IMG/VR virus record: IMGVR_UViG_3300025410_000009
Source of the DNA: a virus
Lineage: Duplodnaviria; Caudoviricetes
Length of the DNA stretch: 64,000 nucleotides
Strand: one strand, 5' to 3'
The translations under genes and the position numbers were made by a program. Positions 1-10,300 of this stretch are shown here, piece after piece; within the stretch, counting starts at the first letter, position 1, and each line of letters begins with the position of its first letter. Below the pieces are notes generated by a model. It was not told where the DNA came from and searched no databases. It saw nothing but the letters and a program-made list of their open reading frames with translations.

Positions 1-1
1 G

Positions 2-1327
2 ACCTGGAGAATCATCACCAGCGACAATTTAAACATCACTGGCACATTTGGCAACTACGAAGGTGACACCAGTGGCACTGGACTAGATGACAATTGGCTG
101 ATACGCTTCTCGTTTGATGGAGCCACTTATACAGCGTTTTATCGCGGCTTGTCGTACATTTTCCAAAGTGCTGGTGAAACCACATTCTACTATGATCCCA
201 AACTAAAAGTTTACGATCCCAAGTCGGGTACTGTGCTACAAGATCAAATCACTGTGCTAAAAACCAATTCGTCGGCTGCAGCACCAACACCCATTGGCAG
301 TGATTACACTTGGTATGTGTACAAAAACTTAATTGCCGATGACGGTTTTGTAAACCAAGACAAAGTTTTTGTAACCTATGCTGACACCAACAATGATGGC
401 ATTCCTGACAATCCTGATCTGTTTGGTGACATTGTTGACGCTCCTGCACAATATGTTTATTTTAAATCAGTCACTGGCTACAACAGATTTAACGATCTAG
501 TGGCAGTGGACAATACCACAGTATGCAGTCTTTATCCGACTCTGATCGCCATTGGCAATCATGTAAATTTATTCACCAATGGTCAGTTGTTTTATGCCAC
601 TGCAGAAGATGCATTCTACCAATTGTCAAGCGGCACGCTGGTGGCATTGAGCAATTACCAAATGCGAGTGGGACGACAAAACTTGATGTTCCAGTATCGC
701 CATAACAGTCCTGATTATCGCAGAATTGATCCTAGCTCGACCAATATTGTCAATTTGTATCTTTTGACTTCGACCTATTCAACCGATTACTTCAACTGGA
801 TACGCGACACCAGCAATACCATTGCCATGCCCAGTCAGCCAACTCCGCAAGAACTAAGCGACAGTTATGGTGCAACACTGACCAATCTACGCAGCATAAG
901 CGACACCATAGTGTTTAATAGTGCAGTCTTTAAACCCATCTTTGGATACAAAGCCGACTATGCTTTGCAGGCAAAATTCCAAGTGATTAAAAACCCTAGC
1001 ATTTCTACCAGCGATAACGATATTAAAACATCAGTGATCAATGCTATCAATGCTTACTTTGATATCAGCAACTGGGACTTTGGCGAAACATTCTACTTTA
1101 GTGAATTGAGCGCTTACTTGCACCAGGCCCTAGTACCCAGCATAGCATCTATCATCATGGTGCCCATGGACAGCTCGGCCACATTTGGCAGTCTGTATCA
1201 AATAAATGCCGAACCCAACGAAATTATTGTTAGTGCAGCCACAGTAGAAAATGTGGAAATAATCACTGCAATCACTGCAAGTCAATTGAACGTAAATCTT
1301 TCAAACATAAACAACAGCGTGTTTTAA
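2..1327 (+). CDS. Baseplate wedge subunit (T4 gp6-like), C-terminal part; 5'-truncated by the window
   Basis: The frame of ORF 149..1327 is open back to nt 2 (TWRIITSDNL...). The C-terminal region (DNDIKTSVINAINAYFDISNWDFGETFYFSELSAYLH) resembles baseplate gp6/J-like C-termini. It lies directly upstream of a giant structural gene. Confidence 0.6.
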   Translation, partial: TWRIITSDNLNITGTFGNYEGDTSGTGLDDNWLIRFSFDGATYTAFYRGLSYIFQSAGETTFYYDPKLKVYDPKSGTVLQDQITVLKTNSSAAAPTPIGSDYTWYVYKNLIADDGFVNQDKVFVTYADTNNDGIPDNPDLFGDIVDAPAQYVYFKSVTGYNRFNDLVAVDNTTVCSLYPTLIAIGNHVNLFTNGQLFYATAEDAFYQLSSGTLVALSNYQMRVGRQNLMFQYRHNSPDYRRIDPSSTNIVNLYLLTSTYSTDYFNWIRDTSNTIAMPSQPTPQELSDSYGATLTNLRSISDTIVFNSAVFKPIFGYKADYALQAKFQVIKNPSISTSDNDIKTSVINAINAYFDISNWDFGETFYFSELSAYLHQALVPSIASIIMVPMDSSATFGSLYQINAEPNEIIVSAATVENVEIITAITASQLNVNLSNINNSVF

Positions 1328-4300
1328 ATGCCAATAACAAGAACCCTAGATTTTTTACCTGGTATATTTCGTACCGAAACAAACAAAAAGTTTCTTTCGG
1401 CCACACTAGATCAGCTGGTCAGCGAACCCGAATTCACCAGACTTAACGGTTACATTGGCAGAAAGTTTGCGCCCACCTACCAAGCCGGCGACAGTTACAT
1501 TGCTGAAGTCAACAGCGACCGCCAGAACTATCAACTTGAGCCCAGTGTGGTTGTGAAAGATAGTTCGAATCAAATCACATACTACAGCAGTTATACTGAT
1601 TTAATCAATATTGTTTCCTACTACGGCGGCAAAACCACCAATCACGACCGACTGTTTGAGTCTGAGTATTACAGCTATGACGGCAAATTTGACTATGACA
1701 AGTTTGTAAACTTTGGTCAATACTACTGGTTGCCCAATGGCCCTGACCCTATTGCTATCAAATCAACCTTGGTTGCCAGCCAAGAAACGTTTGGGGTAAC
1801 TCGCAACACCGGCACAAACGAATTTGTATTGTCGGGTCAGCCAGTGCCCAATCCTGACATTACTCTGCTGCGTGGTGGTCTTTATAAATTTCAAGTCAGC
1901 TCGCCCGGTACTGGATTTTGGATTCAGACCGAACCCGGGGTCGCCGGCTTTAAAAAGTCTGCACCCACAGTTTCAAGCCGCGTGATTGCTGGAGTCACCA
2001 ACAACGGTCGCGACAACGGCACAATCGAATTTTCAGTACCAGCCAGCGACTCACAAGATTTGTATCTTAAAATGCCAGTGGTTGGTTCAATTGATTATGC
2101 CATCGATGTTCCATTTGCTGCGCTTGACAATCTTGATTGGGGAGACGTAGTTCAAAATTACAACGGACTAGATGGCATGACCATCAGCCCAGTTAACAAG
2201 TTGGTTATATTTTTAAACATCAACGGCGATGATGCTGAATGGACTAGACAGGATGGTTCCATAGTCCCAGCAAATCAACGCCGCGGTGTTTGGCGTGTGC
2301 ATCTTGTTGACAATAGATTTACTCTACAGTATGTTAGAGACATACCAGTTAATTCTAAAGTATATGTTCGTAGTGGTCGCACACATGCCGACATTGAATA
2401 CTATCACGACATCATCAATGAATTTATTCCGGTGCCGGCCCTAACTGCACAGCTTGATACCTTGTACTATCAAGATGCTGCCGATCCTGGCATGTATGGT
2501 CGTATTCGTATTGTTGATGAAATACTGGATGCTATCAATGTCACTGAATTTATCCTAGGCAAGCCACGCTACACCAGCCCAAGTGGTGTAGTATTCTCTA
2601 ATGGCATGTTGGTGACTTTTGACAGCAACACTATGCCAGCCCAGTACGCCAATAACACCTTTGTTGTTGAAGGTGTAGGGACTGGTATTACTCTGACTGA
2701 ATTTAGCCGCCTGGTGACTCCTGAGGTCAAACAAGAAGGCGAAACTGTATTGCAACCTGACTATTTTGTTTGCAATCGTGGTAGCTTGGATTTAAATGCA
2801 TGGGCTCGAGGAAATCGTTGGTTCCACAGTGACATCATTATTGCCAGTGCTGCAGCCAATGGTACTGTACCATTGTTTGATCAAACCGCTCGAGCCAAAC
2901 GACCCATCATTGAATTTGAAACAAACTTGCAATTGTTTAACAATGGTAGAATTGGCAAACGTCCAGTTGATCAAATCGTCACCAGTATCACAGATGCATT
3001 TAACCAAGTTGAACACTACAATAAATTGACTGTGGGTGATGTTGTTTTCAACGTTGGTGATAGAGTTTTATTTGTCAATGACATTGATCCGGTGGTACGT
3101 GGCCAAGTGTATGTTGTGGCCTACGGCATTAAGCCCGACCCAACATATCAGTCAATATATGACGGCACTGGCACTGGTACCATTTCAGTTGTGGGTACTG
3201 CAGTGACCGGAACTGACACCGCATTTGTTGCCGAATTACAAGTAGGTAGTTGTTTGTACTCACCTGATTCGGGTATAGTTATCGGTGTTGTGGCCGAAAT
3301 TGCTAGCGATACCGAACTAACTTTGGTTTCAGCTGGCACAGCAACTGACTCGGCATTTTTGTATCGCAATCCCAAATTGCAACTATTGGTATCGCCTGAT
3401 GCTGATGATTCCTTGTTGGAATTTGACACCATAGTGGCCACCAGCGGCAGCAATGCCGGTGTCACATATTGGTATAATGGCACCGTATGGCATGTGGCGC
3501 AACAAAAAACAGCAATAAATCAAGCACCGCAATTTGATGCTTATGACTACAACAATAACAGTTACAGTACTTACCTGTCATCAAATTTCACAGGAACATC
3601 AATTTTTTCTTATGGTGTTGGTAGCGGTGTTACTGATACTGTATTGGGTTTTCCACTGGCCTATAGCAATGGCACTGGTACCATTGCTGACATCAGCTTT
3701 GTCAATAACTTTGATGTTGACACGTTCCAATACACAGTTGGCAAGTCTTTGGTGAAAAAATCTATCAATCTAGGTTACATAAGAAAAAATCTAGATCGTT
3801 ATAACTTTGTTAAAGAGAATGTTTGGAATACTGTAAAAGAAAATACCAAACAGTATCAAATTATCAGCAATACTTTTTCTACAACCAACTACTTTGAAAT
3901 AGATGTGTTGCCCAATACCGCAGCAACCATTCCCTATATCAAAGTATTTGTAAACAATGTATTACAAGACACCGCTAACTATCGTGTGACCACAGTTGAA
4001 TCTATTAATGCTGTGGAAATCTTGACCACTCTTGCAGTTGGCGACAAAATTGATATTTTGATTTATAGCGATAGTACCAGCACACTGGGCTATTATCAAA
4101 TTCCAAGTAACTTGGATTACAACAGTGAAAATCAAAGTTTACCCACTATAACACTGGGTCAAATACGTAACCATATGACCACATTGGCCCAAAACAGTTT
4201 TGGGTTAAACGGTGCAGCGCCTGGAATCCACAATTTTAGAGATCTAAACATTAAATTGCAAGGCGGCGATTTACTGCAGCACTCGGCACCCACAATATAT

Positions 4301-7300
4301 GCCAGCTTGTTCTTGATTGACAATCAAGCAAATTTTGTCAACGGCGTTGACTATGCACGCCGTGAGTATACCAAATTTAAAAACAAATTTGTAGAGCTAG
4401 CAACCACAATGTCAGGCCTAGATCACAACAATGTTTCGGCCAGCGTGGACCAAATTTTAACAACCATTAATCAGGTTAAAAACAATTCGTTTCCATGGTA
4501 CTACAGCGACATGGTACCATACGGACAATACACAAGTACCGCGTATACTGTTGTGACCTTGTTAAGCAAACAATACAAGATCAGTGCAATTTACGATCAG
4601 ACACTACTACAAAGTCGTGCAGTCTTGGTTTATTTGAACAATCGGCTGTTGACAAAAGATCGCGACTACACATTCGATCCAGCTAAACCAGCTATATACA
4701 TATCCGATTCAGTTGAATTGACCATTGGCGCAAAATTAGAAATTCGTGAATACAACACCGACGGAAACTACATTCCTGAAACTCCCACCAAGTTGGGTCT
4801 ATATCCCAAATTCTTACCACAAATTGTTGAGGATGACACCTACCGTACCACAATCAATGTGATACAGGGACATGACGGCAGTTTAACTCCGGTGTTTGGT
4901 GACTATCGTGATGACTTTTTACTAGAACTTGAAACTAGAATCTACAACAACATCAAGGCCAACCATGATATTGCTGCTGTAGATGTTAGATCGTATGTGC
5001 CCGGACGATTTAGAACCACCGACTATTCATTGGCTGAATTCAGTGACATTATTGGATCTGCATTTTTAAAATGGGCCGGCGTAAACTCAGTTGACTACAC
5101 TTCAAATTCCTATTTCTCTAGTAGCGATCCGTTTACCTATAACTATCAGTCGGCCACTGACAAAATTTATAATCAAACTCTGCCTGGATACTGGAGAGGC
5201 ATTTATAGATATTTCTACGACACTGATAGACCGCACACTCATCCCTGGGAAATGTTGGGCTTTAGTCAAATGCCCACGTGGTGGACTGATCAATATGGTC
5301 CTGCACCGTACACATCGGGCAACTTGCCGCTATGGTCCGACCTAGAACTTGGTATCATACAAGCAGGCGAACGTGCTGGCATTGACCCAGTGTATGCTAG
5401 ACCCGGCTTGTCTAAAGTATTACCAGTTGATGACCAAGGCAACTTGTTGCCACCTTTGGGTACACTGACACTACAATTTAGTACCGGCAAAGCCAGTCAA
5501 GCGTTTGCTATTGGCGATGGTGGTCCTGCAGAATCTGCATGGCGCAGATCCAGTGAGTATCCTTATGCATTGCAACAGGCTGTAGCCCTAATGAAACCGG
5601 CAAGATACTTTGCCACAATGTACAATACCAACGAGTATTATAGACATCCCACTATCAATCAGTTTGTGACCACAGACACAAATCGTAGAGTGACACCAGC
5701 TGATATAACACTCAATGGCGAACCAGTCAACGGCACAGTCACTCGTGCCAATGGATATGTTAACTACGTGCTAGATTATTTGACCAGTTTAGGCATATCG
5801 GCCACGACAAAAGTACGTGCCATGTTGGACAACTTGTCGGTGCAGCTCACTTACAAAGTTGCTGGCTATACTGACACTGGGTATTTGACTGTGCTGGCCG
5901 AACAATACAGTCCCACCAGCACCAATGCATCAGTGGTAATACCAGATCAAAATTACAACATCTACTTGAACAAAGGTGTACCGACACGCCGTGTTGCCTA
6001 CAGCGCAATCATTGTTGAAAAGACCACTACTGGTTATAGTGTGCGTGGTTACAACACTGATAATCCTTATTTTATCATGATACCCAGCGAGACCGCTGGG
6101 CCCAGTTACACCATTACATCCGGTACTGTTTCTGCAGTCATATACCAAAATTTTGTGCCCATCACAGTAAGAGTGCCGTATGGTCAACAGTTTGCCACCA
6201 AGCAACAATTGGTTGACTTCTTGATCAGCTATCAACGCTATTTGATATATCAAGGATTTGTATTTGAAGATTATAGTTCAGATCTTGGCCAAACACAAGA
6301 TTGGGCCTTGAGCGCTCTAGAATTCCTGGGTTGGACTCTACAGGGCTGGCGTCCTGGCAGCATACTAGTGTTGAGTCCATGTGAGACTAAACTTACAATC
6401 AACACCAGCTTTGCATCAATTGACGAGATCACCAACAGTGCCAATAACAGTCGAGTACTGGACACCAATTTCAATGTGATCCGCACCACTGAATTAACAG
6501 TCATGCGTGACTTTGATATCAATCAAACTGTAATACAGTCAGTGACTGGACGTACCATTGCATTTGCTGAATTGAATTTGGTACAATTTGAACATGTGTT
6601 GGTGTTTGACAACATTGATATCTTTGGTGATGTTATATACCAACCACAGTCGGGCAGCAGACAATTTAGATTGAAGCTGATTGGTGACAAAACTGCAAAC
6701 TGGGCCGGGGCATTGAACCCACCAGGATTCATCTATAACAGTAACCGTGTTGACAGTTGGCAGCAAGGGTTGGACTATCTCAAAGGAGATGTAGTAACTT
6801 ACAAGAATTACTACTATGTGGCCACACAAGATATACCAGCCGAAACCAGTTTTACAATTGCGTATTGGAAACTGATCAACAAGACCGATATCAAGACAGG
6901 CCTGTTGCCCAACTTTGCCAACAATGCTGGTCGCTTCATTGATTTTTATGATGTTGATGCTACAACACTAAACAAACAGTTTAACCAATACAGTTCGGGC
7001 CTAATAGGATTTAGACCCAGAGCTTATCTAGATGATTTGAGTGTTGACCATAATAGCCAAATCAAGTTCTATCAAGGCTATATCAAAGACAAAGGTACCA
7101 AGAACGCAGTCAATGCGCTACTAAATGCCGAGTTCAACAACTTGTCGAGCGATGTTTCATACTATGAAGAATGGGCTGTGCGTGTGGGCGAGTACGGTGC
7201 ACAGAATACCAATCAGCTGGTGTCCATGATCATCGACGAGTCCATGGTCAAATCCAATCCTGTTGGCTTGGCCATACTCGCCCCGGGCCAAACCGACTCT

Positions 7301-10300
7301 CATTATGGTTTGATCAACATCGCAGATCGCGCCCTATATGATAGACCCCTTGGATCAGCGCCAGTTAGATTCCTAACACGCAACCCCGGGACCAATATCG
7401 AGAACGATATCGAAACTGCAGGCTATGTCAACATCAATGATGTAGATGCCACATTGTTTGATGCATCAGTATCGTTTGCTGGTTTAAGCGCCAGCTTGGC
7501 CGACATTGTCAGCGGCTACAACATTTGGGTCGCTAAAGACATAAACACCGACTGGCAAGTGTATCGAGCCAACGAGACCGACAACGTGGTACTGTCAATT
7601 GCCTACAATCTAGACTCGACTGCCAAAATAACCACAAGAAATCCACATGGGTTTGTGGCCAACGACACCATTGTCATTAAACAATTCAACAGCCTATACG
7701 ACGGATTTTACTCAGTCTCATCAGTGTTGGATTCTTGGTCGTTCTCGGTCTCGGTGTCTAGTACGATTTCGGCAGCACTAAAACCAAAACCAGTTACTGG
7801 CACCGGCATCTTGTTCCAACTATCATCGGTACGCTTCAACAACCCTGGCAATATTGCTAGAGCAGTTCCCAAACATGGCTGGAAAGATGGCGACCGCGCC
7901 TGGGTTGATCGTGACGAGCAGGATCACTGGGCCGTATACCAAAAATCCAATCCTTGGAGTTATACCAATGCAGTATCAATCAGCCATGGTGCTAGAACCA
8001 CTGGTGGCTTGTTTGGCGCATCATTGCGTATAGATCCTGCACAGCGTTATTTGATAGTGGGACAACCATACGGTAATGATTATGGGCGTGTTCGTGTGTT
8101 TGATACCACACAGAATTATCGTGAAGTATCAGTCTTGGATCCTTTAATCACACGCATTGGCGGCCTAGGCACCAGCGTTGACATAGCCAACAATCAGCTG
8201 GTTGCTGGCGCACCAGGCACCAACTACTCGGTTGGTATGGCTGTGTTGTATCAGCTCAATGATAAATTTAGTTTTACTGCTGCACAAGCAATTGTGAACC
8301 CCGACGGTGGCGGTGGTGCAAACTTTGGCTATTGTGTGACCATGAGCTTGGATGCTCAGTGGTTGTACATTGGTTGCCCAGGACTAAATGCTGTTTACAC
8401 TTATAAATTTACCAATGTTGCTGACAACAACACTCCAGATCAATTCAGTATTGATGCAGCCCTGGCTGGATACAATCTAGTTTACAACATCACTGATGAT
8501 CCTGATGCATTGGCAGTTTACAACAACAATATCCTGTTGGTGCGTGATCGTGATTATGCCACTGACGGACATACCATAACACTATTTGGTGGTGCGCTTT
8601 CTAGTGAGTCTGGCAATTTCAATTTGCTGAGCGAAGACAACGATGAAATCGTAACCGAAGCTACTACAGGAGCACCAGGATTCCTAACAGTATATGCTAG
8701 ACCCTACTTTAAATATATCAGCAAAATACAAGGCCCAGCTGGTACACAATTTGGTACCAGTATAAAAACCACCACCAATGGTGGAACAGTGGTAATTGGT
8801 CAACCAGCTGCCACAGTTAATGGATTAGTTGGCGCTGGTCGTGTGTCGGTGTACACCAACAACAATGGTACTTTTACACTTAGACATGTGCTTGCAGAAG
8901 AACAGCCCACTTATGCAGCCCACTTTGGAACCAGTGTGGACATCACTCATGACAATGCCAGCATCATTGTTGGCGCACCTGGATACTCAGACCTAACTAC
9001 TTCAGGTGGCGCAGTATATCGATTTGCCGTGTCAAGCCAATTTGAGCTAATACAAAAACTAACCAAACCCCTGCAGACACAGGGTGAAAATTTTGGTTAT
9101 CGAGTTCGTGTGAGCCCCAGCAACAATACCTTGCTGGTGTCAAGCACCACTGGCACTGTTGAAACCTACGGCACATTTGATGCTGGTAAAACCACATTTG
9201 ACCGTGCTGTAACTAGAACGCTGGATCTTGTGTACGGAAGCGGTGCAGTTTACATTCACGACTATTTGCCTAATCCAGCCGACAGCACCAATCCCCATGG
9301 TGACTTTGTGTTCTCCAATGAATTCAATGCACCAAACATGCACCTTGGTGATCGATTCGGTAGCGATGTAGATATTTCTCAAAATACATTGGTGATCAGT
9401 TCAGCCTACAACAGCGAATACGGTGCCAATTCTGGTCAAGTGTATCACTATTCAAACCCCGCTGGTACAGCTGGTTGGAACAAAATTAGAAGTCAAAACC
9501 CCACTGTGGATGTGACCAGTATCAATCGTGTGTTCTTGTACAGCAATCAGGACAAGAGTACACTGGCCATGTTGGATTACATAGATCCTGCCAAGGGCAA
9601 ATTGTTGGGCATTGTGGATCAGGACATTGATTTTAAATCCAGTCGCGACCCTGCCAATTACAATAATGGTACCGGTACTGACAAAACCATTACAGCTGAC
9701 TATTTCTGGGGGCCGTTGCATGTGGGTCTGGTCTGGTGGAATCTAGACACTGTACGCTATATCAATTACGAGCAGGCTGACCTAAGTTATAGATTAAACA
9801 ACTGGGGACGTTTGTTCCCGGGCAGCACAGTATCGGTCTACGAGTGGGTTGAGAGTTCAGTGCCGCCCAATCAGTATGCCAAATCGGGTGCCATGGGAAC
9901 ACCGCTGTACAGCAACAACGAATACTTTGTAGAAACCACCACGGTTGATCCAGCGACCGGCATCATTGTTACAAAATACTATTACTGGGTACAAGGAATC
10001 ACCACAGTGCCTGCAGGATCTAAGCGAGTCATGAGTGCCAGCAGCTTGGAGGCAACCATACGTGACCCAGCAGCACAGGGTGTGCCGTTTGCAGCAATAC
10101 TGTCCGACAACTCAATTGGCCTTTTCAACTGTCAAAGCTATCTAAGCGGTACTAATACTGTATTACAGATCGATTATGATACTGTGTTGAACAGCAATCT
10201 CTTGCACTCAGAATTTGAATTGGTGCAACAAGGCAACGGCGACAGTGTGATGCCCGAACGCATCATCAACAAGTTGGTAGACAGTATCTCGGGAGCAGAT

